Positions 51,688-64,000 of a stretch of DNA of 64,000 bases are shown here, piece by piece. The position numbers and the translations under genes are program-made. Origin of the DNA: Balanoglossus misakiensis (Eukaryota > Animalia > Hemichordata). Numbering within the stretch: the stretch's first letter is position 1; the number at the start of each line of letters is the position of its first letter. The notes beneath the pieces were generated by a model that did not search any database, was not told the origin of the DNA, and was given only the letters and a program-made list of their open reading frames with translations. The DNA is taken from assembly GCA_040954595.2 (NCBI GenBank), contig CM082584.2, positions 10,324,190-10,388,189 on the forward strand, written 5' to 3'.

Positions 51688-52822
51688 TGGATTGTGAAAC
51701 CATTCTCAACCCTTCATTCAGTCACAGTGAACAGATGCACAGATGCAGTAGGGAAAAATAAACTCTTTCTAATCTCGGTCATGGCGGTCCGCTGATTTAT
51801 GTTTATTTTAAGTAAAACTGGAAAACAAAACCTGAGTAAATTGGCGCCAGTAGTTTGCATTGTGTAAGGAGTTGTGATTTAAAGAAGGAGGTTGACTTGT
51901 TTAATAATAATTCCGGCGAAAATATGCCAGAAGCAGCGGTGGACTGACCTCATATGGCGCCGATAGCGTGCCCAGTCAAGGTGTTTGTTATTAACTCGCG
52001 TAAACATCCATGCCTTACTGGTGCCGCCAACACGTGGAGAAAGCTAGACACTCAGGCGCCTGGCATTCTTCACGCTCCAAGAGGCTGGAAAGAGGGAAAT
52101 TAAAACAACAATGCGGAGTGGTGATGGGAAACGTTTGTTTCAATCTGCCACTTGAACTCACAAATCACTAATCTATGTAAGCAGTTTGCATGCCATGCAA
52201 GGCAATTAAACTGCCAAGACATGGAGCAACGGGAAGAACAGCTCGGAAGGCGGAATGCAAGGAATGTTCCCGAAACACACATACACCTATGGGAATGAAG
52301 GCGACATCTGGAATTAACAAGTTCCGTTAATTATCACCCAAGACGAAAAGTCAGGCCCAGTTTATTTATTCTTTGCCGCGGTGAATTGTTCTAACAGCGA
52401 AGAGGCCGGGTTTTGGTGATGCCCTCCAAAAACGCGCGTTTTGGATAAGACCAACCCAAAACTTAAATCACACACTTTCTTGCTAGAGATACACTTCAGC
52501 ACTCAGACATTTTCAATTGTGGTTTTAATTGAGCTCACCTTCACAGTCAGTTTGTGTGTAGGCCTGGGGTTTCTCACGCGTTTGTACCATCATTCTATTT
52601 TTCAAACGATTAAAAGTGTGAATCACGATGAACTATACTTGTGAGGATGATAGTACTGACATGGTTTGTTGGGATATTCTCATCAAGATCGCCTTGTGAG
52701 GACACGTAGAATGCCAAAAACCATTGATTTTTTTAAGTTTAGAGGATTTGCCATCTGCATGTATTGGTATCAACCACCAGATTTCATAATTTAAACTAAA
52801 GTTGGCCACCATCAATATCATC

Positions 52823-53254
52823 TGTGATGAGATTTGTAAACGTTTGCTTTGTTTTCGTGGCCAGGTGTACCTCTGTTGCTTACTTCATTTACATGTAAGC
52901 GTGACCAGGTGTTTGAATTGATTAGTTTCGCTCATAAACCACGCGATGCCACGTTGTCTTGTTGCTGTATCGATACTGGTCTAGTGGCCTTGCCGTCGCC
53001 TTGTGGCGGAGTTTGGATCCAATCTTAAGGAAATTTGCCTGTCTTCTGTGGTGTCTATGAAGATTGTGACTGCAGTTGGAACTTTGTGAAACCCGGTGGT
53101 CGTCGAGAAGCCGTGGTTGCTGTTTTTCAAGTACGCCGCGTGAATTTTGAGCCGTCCTGAGGGTCGCGGGTTCTACCTTTTGTGGACTACACGGCGGAAC
53201 TGCATTTGAGGTAAATACGTGGCTTCTACGTTCTTTTGTACTATCTTGCGTAAA
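52823..53254 (+). repeat. Dispersed repeat, copy 2 (possible LTR-derived element)
   Basis: Same colinear blocks and orientation as 33801-34187. Both copies begin TGTGATGA. Confidence 0.85.
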
Positions 53255-53300
53255 TCCTCCTCCTCCTCCTCCTCCTCATCATCATCATCATCATCATCAT
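53255..53300. repeat. Compound (TCC)n(TCA)n trinucleotide microsatellite
   Basis: Read directly. It abuts the end of repeat copy 2. Confidence 0.9.
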
Positions 53301-56300
53301 GAAGTACAAACTGCCATAAATCTTATCTGAAAGTTTTGATACATCAACACAAGATGGAGTCCGTCATCTTAAATCAACATTATCGTTCAAAGGCTAAAAT
53401 ACTGCAGGGTGTACTTCGAACTCCGCCATGCTACTAGAAGATGCTCAACACTTCAACTGATTCGAACAATGTACTTGCAGCAATCCATCATGAACAGAAT
53501 GGGGTCGCCAATCTAACATTATGTGTCCTAAGGGTCACCTTGATAGAAAAACACAAACAAAAATTGAGACAAGACGATATATTTGCCAGCGCGTCGCTGC
53601 ACGATAAATGTACTTTCCCGCCCAGTTCGTAAAATTGAACATACCCTGTAAACATACACCACTGAGAATATTTAATGCACCTTATTTACTGTGTGTGCTT
53701 TTAAAGACAAAGTCGAGAATCAGGACTAAAATCTCCATTTGACGAGAAAACTCGTTGGTGGAGCACTGCGTGTAGATTCAGCATTCGTCCAATGGCATCG
53801 TGTGTCCATGGCTGCGGTCCAATGACGTCTCTTGTAACAGGCTGACATCGGTTCCCACGCAGACACAAAGAGCGAACGTCAATCAGGCCCTAAAAGTCAG
53901 TTTCCGCCCATCACAGACTGGTAACTCAAAACAGACTAATTAATGGCTTGGAATAACTTTTGAATGGGAAGTTTATTACCGAGTGTGTTGATTTACCCTA
54001 CGCCCCTGGTCCGCCATCAAATGAAATTTTATTGCTTAATGCTACACTCCATAACCACTTTTTTTCCTCGCGTTCTTCGCTCCACTCGTCCACTTTTCAA
54101 CCCGTCGGCGTTCTTTCTTTTCCTGTGCATTTTTGCACTCCCGTACTCAGGTTGTATTGATCTGCCCCCACTCTCTTGTCCGAGCACCCCCTGTATCTGT
54201 TTCGGTCTATGTCAATCTGTTTGTCACAGTGTCCATAACGGTATCCACTAAAAGCGCGACGTGTCTGTGTGTCTGTTTTCAGCGTCGGTCTGTCTAGCTC
54301 TCGGCACCTCCGAGCGTGGCGGGCATCCCCTCTTCCTTCACTGAATTTCAGACTGCAGAAGTTGAAAGGTCATCGCCAATGGTTACCGCGGTTGCATGCT
54401 GGGTAATAGAATTGACAATTTGGTTTACCACATTAACTCTTCTTCGCATCAATTAAGTAACAAGCGAAGTTGAGCGAAAATTAATCACAGCATGTTTTCT
54501 TGTCATTTTTAATGTATCAGTATGTTACTTAAAACAAAGAAACTCATTTAGCGCAATTTTGTGCCGAAACTGACGTCATCACCGCTATTCGATCACAACG
54601 AAACCGGAAGGTTTGAAAATTGATAACCCTTCCTTTGACTAAGAACACTAACAACCGATTCAAGAATTGCAAAACATTTTGTTTGTACCCATACAATTCA
54701 TGGAGGTCTTTCTTAAGTGGACCGGAGTATTACTTGCATAAATTTGGGACCAATCAGAAGCAACTGTACTGGGGACTATGGACGTAAATTGATAGGTATC
54801 TGGGAAGACTGTGTCTTCATGGGGGGCCCAAAACAATTCATTAACACAATCTTCACCTGTCAATCATTTTAACAGGTTCCTGGGCAAAGTTTACGGATGG
54901 ATCATTGGCCGTTTATTTTAATATTGGCGTAAGTCAATCCAAGAAAAACAGAGGAGAAACAACACCAGCTCGGTGATATTATTTCGTCTAAGCAACCACA
55001 TCTGTGAAACATATTTTTTCTAGAAATAGTTTCCGAGTGGCGGTCTTCGCAAAGCGGAATTCCGAGCCATTCTATTTATTTTGTCTTCAAATGAGTGGGG
55101 GCCACTGCTTTGCCCTCGCATCGATTATTGGCCCTGCGATCGGCAGAGGTTGTGTCAACTTTGTGTTCCTCAAACCACGCAAGCTGGTTTTTCTGCAAAT
55201 CTCGGCCACCACTCGCATGCTTTCAAGTGGCCGTGCAATTCCCATCACTCCGCGACACGCCCGCGTTCCTGACACGTCAATTTCCACCCCCTTTGTTTGC
55301 GTTAGCCACTAAAAGCCAAAACCTAACCATATCACAAACAATAAAGCAAAGCACCCAGCGAAAAAAACACTGACGGTTGAAATTGCTACCACAGGCTCAG
55401 CTCGGGACGGAGTAGGCCTTTTTCTTCTGACACCCGATCCTAGAGAGACGCTTCGCCCTACCGCAGATCATTGATTAAGTCGCTAGTTTAGGTTTCAAAA
55501 CTCCATATTAGTCAGGACAAAGTTGACAGGTATTTCACACCTACGAGTGTATCCTTGCATAGGATGACTTCGACTACCGCTACGTTCTACCCCATCTAAC
55601 TAAAAGCTTTCGTTACACTTCCCGTTCTCCCAAATATTAGCATTTCTAACGCTCTTCTGGCAAACATCTACATCCTTGAACCATAGGCGGTGTACTACCA
55701 GAAATACTAGTGCTATGTTTTGTTTTACATCACTGAACTTCCGAAAAAGAATGGACTTTCCAGAAAAAAAGACACGCACGAAGACAAGCTTTTGAAAAAT
55801 GAAGATTTATGATGCTGACTTATTTTTTCTCTGCCCGGAAGATACGAAAATTAACTTTATGTCGATGCATATATAACGCCATATTTCAAAGTACCACACT
55901 AGCTGTCTAGTCTCACATTCCCGACTGGTTGCTATAGAAGGATTTAAATTACCCACAATTCTACCACTACGTGCCTAGAGCCGTTCTGGCCCCGGTCTGG
56001 TTTTTGATGACCACCGCCTTGTGCTAAGTTTGAAATATTTATTCGTCTGTTTCTTCGCTTGAACGTTTATACGATCGGTTAGGGCAAAGGGCACCCTCAT
56101 TTTGTGAAGCTTAGTAAAAATAATTAGCACCAAACGGTCCGGTCGACGCAGGTTGGTTTGCACTGGTGCGTGCCGATCGCGCTGTTTTCTCAGACTTTGA
56201 TCAATTGAAACGTAATCTATCTAGCCTGTTTGCTTATATCGTCTTCCTTAACCACAATATTTGGACATTTCTCCCATTCTGCGATAAAACCCTTCTGTTG

Positions 56301-59300
56301 GATGGCATCGGCAGCTGTCCAGCGCCAGACAACAAGCCGTCCATCACGCTGAAAAGGCATCGGTTTAAAGAGAGAGATCACCGTCGGGTCAAAAGCACCA
56401 CGAGAACAAATGCTCCCTGTGATATCATCCCCCTTCACATGCCTTGGCTTTGACACGAATTTTTGTGCACTCTCGCCATTGTGGCAATAATAGACATTTG
56501 AACGGCAGAGAGGAGGAGCAGTGCGCCAGTCGAGTCTCTACATCCGGGCATTTTACTCTAACCACCCATGTCGTCCGCCGTCGCTGGACTACTTTGCCTC
56601 GTGAATCGAGGAACAACAAGTCCCTTTTATACAGTTAAATTCGCGCACAGGTTGAGCGGCGTATTGGTGGAAAAGTTTAGAAAAAAATGAATAAACTTCT
56701 CAGGACGGTTGAAAGTGCGTGGTCGCGGGAATGTTTACAATTCCTGCTTTGCCATCTTGTGTAAATACAAACTTAATGAGTCGTATCATGGCATTCGACA
56801 TTAAAATTTGTCACGTGACCAAGACACAATACTGTCTGGGTCTTTTCACAGGTTTTCTCCCCTCCCCCTCTCTTCAAGCCGATAATGTGATCAGATTGAC
56901 TCTGCAACGAATAGAGGAGTTTGCTTTGCTTTTTAAAGTTAACCTTTCTGATTTTATTTTTCTGATCGGTGAAAATTGGACAAACTTCAGCGGTGACCTT
57001 GTTCCCTCATAAAAATATATGGAAGTGGGGGACATGCAGCCTTTTCCAAACTAAACGAAAGAAATGAAATGCAAGACTGTGTTTTATTAGTTGGAAATAG
57101 CATTCGCTTACATCAGTCCGACCTCCAGCCGTGTGCCGGCCGAGAGGAAACTTAGCCACTTCGAGATCACCCACAATCTCCAGGTAACTGCGAATTTTAG
57201 CTCGGCGGTAGAAAAATACCGCGCGGTGGATAAAACCAAAAAATATATATAAACTTTTCGGCGTTGTGAAAGGTGAACTCGCAGTTGTGCCGAGTCATTT
57301 CTGACACATCTCTGCCGGCGGGGGTTAAGTCGGATTTCTCTGATGGTTCATAATCGCCTTGCGACGACAGATACGTCACGCAGATCACATGGGCGATGCA
57401 GGCTGACTTAGTGATACTAAAAGCGAATATTTACTCGCTCTGTCAGTTTCACTCAACCAGAATTTATTACTCGCGAGGAAAAAAATGGATTAAAATCCAA
57501 AACAAACAGAAAGCAGAGAGTTGTTATACATCAGTGGTCTCATTTTTTGATCGAAATCAGTTGGACTGTTCCTTCTCTCCGTTCGAAGTTGACTGATTGG
57601 TTTCGGTGTCTGGCTCTAAGCAAACTCAGTCATCGAAAACTTTGGACTGTCTTATCGCTGTTTTAATTGCAATTTTAGCGGAAATCGGATACGATTATTG
57701 GCAAACGTTTATATTAGTCCGTGGAAATTCGACAGATCAGACGGTGACGCTAGATTTCTCTCCGCCGCGGCATGGAGAGAGTGGATTGAAGTGGGTGCGA
57801 GTGTTTTTCTGTACCGCATTTATCTGATTTGACGCAACATTCCAGTCCTTCCACGAGGAAACGGACAAGGCAGGGTTGAAATCGACCCGTGTTCGTTTCA
57901 CCCCGACTTCCATGCATCAAACCGATCCTTTCCCGGGGTTTTGAGACGAAGCAGATTCTTTTACGCTCAGTTTACTTAGCCTCTCTTTATTGTTATTTTC
58001 TGTCACTCCGAGCAGACCAATTTACAAAGGGGAATTTCCGGCCCCGTGAAAGGCAGTGTAGCGTCGCGCAAATACGGCTAAAAGGGGTGTCGAGGAACCG
58101 ATACCGGAATGTCTGACGGGCCGAGTAACTTTCCACCCACTTTTTACTCCAGATTTCGTTTCTCTTAATTGCAGCTAACAGAAAGTCATTATTAAGAAAA
58201 TACAATTCAATGTTTAATGTCAGAAACCCACGACCTTCTCTTTTAATTATTCGCCCACTTTCGGCGCGAAGAGTTCTGGAATGTAGAACAGATTAGTACA
58301 GCTAAGTCGTGTACTTTTAAACTTTGAGGAAGTGTATCCCAGGCCGGTGACTGGGCTGGTCGACACCCCGCACATAAACAGTGGGAAAGGCCACGCTTGC
58401 AGTCCATTTATATAAAAGAACACCAGAATTTATTTTAGTGCAATGTACTAGTGTGACGCTTATTTCATTTTTATACTAACAGTAACAGAAGTAATTACTT
58501 TATTTGACGCTGTTTATTTTCTCCATTTCGAAGATCACGGCGTGTCAAGACTTAACAGAGAGACGGAACGTGTCTACGAGGACAAGTTTACTTGACGTAA
58601 CCTTCCGCCGGCAAACGGCAAATGAATCACGTGTCCGTGCTGACTTCAAGCTTCAACCCCCTGTGTGTTGGACTTTCGAGGTACGTATCTTTCACAGGCT
58701 ATCATAACGTAGAGGGTTCTATTCTCCTGAAAGTCGGTTTTCTTAACAGGCTGTCACCCCCCCCCCCCCACCCCAAACACATGACTACCCACGAACCTTT
58801 CCGCTTTACACGCCCTGGACCACTGAAACGAAAAAAATCGATCACAGAAAAGACAGTCTTTTCCAAGATTCGACTTTTTGCGCGCAGAAGTCGCAGCTGC
58901 GGGTTTCGAGCGTTGCTAGTCCTGAGCATGCGTAGATCGGATGTCTTCAGCCCCGGTGACGAAGCTGAGCCGACCGGCCGATGAGTAACCGGTTGGTCTG
59001 CCTGCACACAGACAAGGCTGAAGACAAGTAGCAGTTTTTTATTGAGTAATTTCTGGCGACCCAGTGACAGGTATCGGCGGCGTGTTCATGAACATTTCAA
59101 TTTCTTGCGTGATTAAAACACCGGTCGACAAAAACTCCGAGAACCCGGATCAATAGGAAGACTCGTCGGGAACAACCGACATACCTGTAACTTTTTCCTC
59201 GAAAAAGGTTTTCCTATAACCTTGCAGTTCCGTGGTAATATGACTGATTATGTTGTCTAATGATGCACCTGTTCAAAGAGTACATTGCTTCTATTTAAAC

Positions 59301-62300
59301 GCGGAGACGACACCCTTGTCCGTGCGATTCAAACTATTTATCGCGTGCATGTCCTTAGAGCCTAGTCTGCCGAGAAGAAAGGCATGAATTTCAACGCTAA
59401 TGACGATAAAAATGCGCGGGTGATTCATGGTGTTATTAAACACACAGGAAGCAAACTACTTAATCATTGGTGGATACACCGTCTCAGACAAGAGTAACAG
59501 TTCTAACAGGGAGGATGTCAACTAATATGGCGAAGTTATTGCAAAAATTACCGCCCTATCTGGCAGGCCAAATATTGACGCGACCCTACTTTTGCGAGGG
59601 TCGACTTACAAAAACTCGTTATGCAGTAAACGTCACGAACCGCTCACAAACTATACCGAGGCCTGATTAGAGCCAAGCATAACATTGGGTTTGTATGTTT
59701 TTCGAACGTGCTCTAGCCAGCTCATCAGGCCCGGTTGTCATGGGGACCGTATCGGTTTACGCGCACGGAGATAACTTACGACCTACCAGGAGGCCTGTCA
59801 CTTCCAATCAAAGCGCTTGTCTGATTTCATGATACGCTATGTGCGCCCTGCACATCTGGTTCGAATCTTTGTCCAGTAACTTAAGAAGTAGATTTCATTC
59901 TTCTTGCAAACATGTTGAGTACACGTGACACCCGATCCACAAGACGAGCACCCCAGACCAGTGCAAACTAAACACATCACGACCGCCATGGTTTTTATTT
60001 TTCTGCAAACTCGCAGAGGACGCGACGCGTTTCACAACGTTTTGAGGAGACCCCCCCCCCCCCGCCTCCCCTCCAAAAAAGAAGTCCGAACAGTCACCGG
60101 TTGACTGCGCGGAGAACGTTGAAAAAGAGGGCCAGGGAGCCGATGAGCGTGCAGCATGTCCGTTAGCTCCAGAATATCAGATAACTTGACGAGGTCATAA
60201 AAACCTGACAACGAAAACAGTGAAACGGACACTGCCCCGAGACGAACACGGTCCAGTTTCCCCCCGCATCGGCCAGTGAGCTCGCAGACACGGCGAGGAA
60301 TGCGATGTTTTGATCACGCCGTAGTATTTGTTTTTATCTAATGTCTATGATTTCGGTGTTTACACGCCGAACAACCATCCCAATCAACTGTATTTTGACA
60401 AATGTGGCCCCTGACATGGGTTTGAAGTGTGAAAGCTGTTAGTACTATGAGGTGATAAGATGAGACAGCCCTATCGTCCCATATTAGTCTGGGCTGGTGA
60501 CAGACACCACCATTCTGCTTCGTGTAAAGCGATATAACAATGATCTTACCGTGGTTCCTGGGCGCGTACCAAGACGCATACTTTTAATACACGGACAATT
60601 ATGGCTTAAACAATTGCAGATAGAAAGAACAGGCAGGTAGAAAAAACAATACGAGGCAAAATTAAACAAGGTGACCCAGATGACGTCACGACGGCTGGAA
60701 AGTGCACATATATAAAGAATCTCTAAGCGCGTGTGTAGTTCATGTATAAGAAACGACAATCATGGATGGGAAAAGACTGAAAGCAATTTTCGAAAAAAAA
60801 ATTGCTCTCGATTGTTGGAGATAAACGGCAGACGAAATAGGGATAATTTGAATGATAAACTGAACAGTGAAGGAAAAAAATGGACGCGAACTGTTTCCTG
60901 GCGTCACACCCGGAAGGAAAAGTGAGGACACGAAATTGGATAATGACACGCGGATGAAAGGGGGAGCGTAAGAACGCGACACAAGCAGGGGAAATGCGCC
61001 GAGCTTTAGCACAGGGTGTGAAAGATGAAATTTGACAGGGCGAAACGGACACGACCCAGAAAACGAAGCCAGATTTCGTGCCGAGGTGTTTTTCATGGTG
61101 ACTTACTTAATAACGCCAATTGTTTTGCTCTTCAGACGTGGACGGGAAATTTGAACGCATCAAATCGGAAATGGTCCCATGTTTGTTCGTGTTACGAGCA
61201 AATTCCCACTAACACACAGCTTGGCAGTGTGGATTGTTAATTTCCGTGAAACAAAATGATCAACCAATTACAAGTATCACTAAGTAAATTGTCATTTTTG
61301 GACCTCTTTTTCGGCTGCCTAGCAACGGTTTCCAATTTCTTAACTGCCATTTTATTTTTTATATTTGTTTAATAATGTGGTCATTGCAGATTTATTCCAA
61401 TGCAACTGATACAGAAACATTTGTCCGAGACGCAGACGTAATTTACAGTAAAACCAAAGCTGTATATAACATAAATACCGGTTGAAGTGTCCGAACAGTA
61501 AGTATGTCACGAAATGAAGTCATATTTCGGCGGAAAAATCTCTCATAAAACAAAACTTTGCTCGTAATATGAAAATTAGATCTTTCGCGAAGGATGCGGT
61601 GTGTCCATGTAGTATTCGGAAATCCTCTCCCCACACGTGATATCCCCATGTGTGTCGTAACGCATGGATTTTCTCGAACCTGAACAACGAAAACATTGAG
61701 CATTTTTATCGCCCCATTCTGTCCTTATCGTTTGAATATTGGAGAATTTAATTTTCAATTTTCGTGGTGTCATATTGATATATAGTGTCGGTCTCCTTGT
61801 ACAGAATCTGCTTCTTTTATATCAGGAGATAGCTTTACTCAAAGATTTGCGGAGTGTTCCCCTTGAGAACGTAGTAAAATCCACACGGATGAAAGTCTAG
61901 GAGGCTGAACCCGCCATTTGAAGCGTACAGCGTCGTCAAAAAAACTGAACAAATAAATAAAATACAAGCTCAGGTGTCGTTTATTTTGATGACTTGCCTG
62001 TCACATCAGAGTACAATTAATGATATCAATCCCTCGGATTAAACTGAATTAATGGCGGCATTTTCTCCGTAAGTTGTTTCTCTTGTTATACAAGGCGCCT
62101 ACCTGACTACAACAAATCCACAAGAAAGAGGCGGTAAAACGATTTGATAGATATGCAGACCAATATGCCAGGATGTGAGACTTTTTTTCAATATCTTACC
62201 CGGGGCCCAATACTCGTTTCTTCGAATCGGTATATCGTTTCAAAGTTTAACTGTTGATGTCCACGTTTGTTAACTGGGCATCGTCTCTGTGCCATAGACA

Positions 62301-64000
62301 GAAAACGAGGCTTAATTCCACTGTCTATAATGATGGTGATGTCTTTTAGATAACTGACTGTTTTCAGATACGTCGAAATCAGGGATGGCCAGACCGCAGC
62401 TCTTGTGGGGAAAGCAGTTGTGTATTTATATGTTAATTACACCATGACATCAATGTACCGCCGATAGCCCTAGGAGGGGTCATCATGACATGACACGACG
62501 CCCTGTCAATCAAAGCAAAATCTCCGTCATCCCTAACAGGTATGGAAGGTATTGCACAGCCAAATGCGGATGATTGCCACTGTATGTCATGTTTCAATTG
62601 TAGAAAGACAGTAAATGTTCTGGGTGAAATTTTGACACGTTGTGGGAGAAATAGACCCCCTAGAGTTCCCAAAGGGTCGGTTGGTTGGTGGATAACGATG
62701 GACAAAGACTGGCGGAGAAAAGTGTTTCACAATCACGTAACGGACCATACCAGGTATAGAATTCAGTGCATTTTGATATTCGATTAAAACGAATTGTGTT
62801 AGCGGAGGATTTGTAACACCATACTTAGCATTTTCCAGCGTTTTTGTTGAATGGATCACATGATTTCCATATGTGTTAAGTCAAATTGTGTATACATCAG
62901 TGCATCGTCTTTGTCCGGCGAGGGTGGGTCTCAAACTGATGTATTATAAAGGCAAACAGCCGTGACTACAGAGAAACTTAGCAAAATGAGTAAGCATAGC
63001 CTTAAACTAGATTTAGTCTAGATTCTACCCCGAGTTTCTAAAACTGAAATGAATCACAATCTAAAAACGGTAAATGCGTCATGTTGCAAAGAAATGGTAA
63101 TTCTTGTCCGAAATTTCCTATCGTATAAATACCATACATTTTATTAGATGCAAATACGAAAATTTTCATCCGTCCGAGCGACGTCCATATATTCTTTAAC
63201 ACAATCTAGAAATGACGGTTTTCCTACACGACCTTGCGTACTGCACCTTGACGTGTTTATCTCCTGGGACCCAGGGACAGAAACAGAGTTTTTCAAATAT
63301 TCGTTTTACCAGTAACAGTCTCTATTAATATTGTGCTTAGGTGTTTTGCCGTAATTCTTTCGGGGAGCCGAGCGCCTCCATTGGCTGCCAGGCCAAATAT
63401 GCTAACCCCGCCTTTGTCCCCACCAAATCAGGTTTTAATGGGCCCTCTATGATTGCTTTAGTTTTGTTCTGTTGTGATGAGAAACTCGTTTAAGGATGAA
63501 ATCCACAGTTACAAAACCAGTAAATTAAATTAAGTGGCCCTTTGTTGGTGCCATTCATCTGATTTGTCGATTTCATTGTCGTTGATGACTCCGTAGCAGT
63601 TGGGGCATGGCGATCCGTTCATACGCCTCTCGGGGGTCCTGTGAATTTCAATAGACATCCCCCAATTCGATTACCTTCCATTGAGACAATCTTTATCTAT
63701 ATACGTATAAACGCATTTTTAGCTGAAACCACAAAATGCATTGCGAGCCGCACTCGTCTGGGGCTTCGCCATCCGGCTAGTGTGCTCGTTAAGTACGTGA
63801 AGCGAGAAAATTGAACTCCCAAGACGGCGTGTCAGCGAAGTAGGAAAATAATTAGTCTAATGCATGAAGGAGACACGCAATCACGGCGATGAGATTTATT
63901 TGGTAAAACAGATCACCCGTTTTCATTTTGCCGTCACACTGCGTATTTTCTTAGTTGAAGATTATGCATGGCTCGGTGATAGATAATTATCGAATTGTCG

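Noticed and set aside
59855-59870. GGTTCGAATC B-box-like motif (tRNA or SINE)
   Set aside because: No A-box or cloverleaf stems at the proper spacing.

Overview
Eukaryotic (animal, probably invertebrate; an ambulacrarian/deuterostome origin is only a guess from the FoxD sequence) genomic DNA that is almost all non-coding. Two genes can be supported, both on the + strand. (1) The last two coding exons of a CBWD/ZNG1 (COBW-domain zinc metallochaperone GTPase) gene lie at 6660-6786 and 10916-10974; the ORF track does not show them as a gene. (2) An intronless FoxD forkhead transcription factor gene lies at 13049-14143, about 2.1 kb after the CBWD stop. This tandem CBWD->FoxD order matches the human ZNG1/CBWD->FOXD4 loci. 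The CBWD introns are long (>6.6 kb and 4.1 kb) and contain dense clusters of developmental TF motifs. The roughly 49 kb after FoxD has no recognisable coding exon. Together this looks like an ancient genomic regulatory block, with CBWD as bystander and FoxD as target. Also present: (TACA)n and (GATA)n microsatellites, a diverged ~400-bp repeat pair with LTR-like hallmarks, small palindromic elements and candidate orphan promoters. Almost all other listed ORFs are judged spurious. All motif calls were made by eye and are hypotheses.
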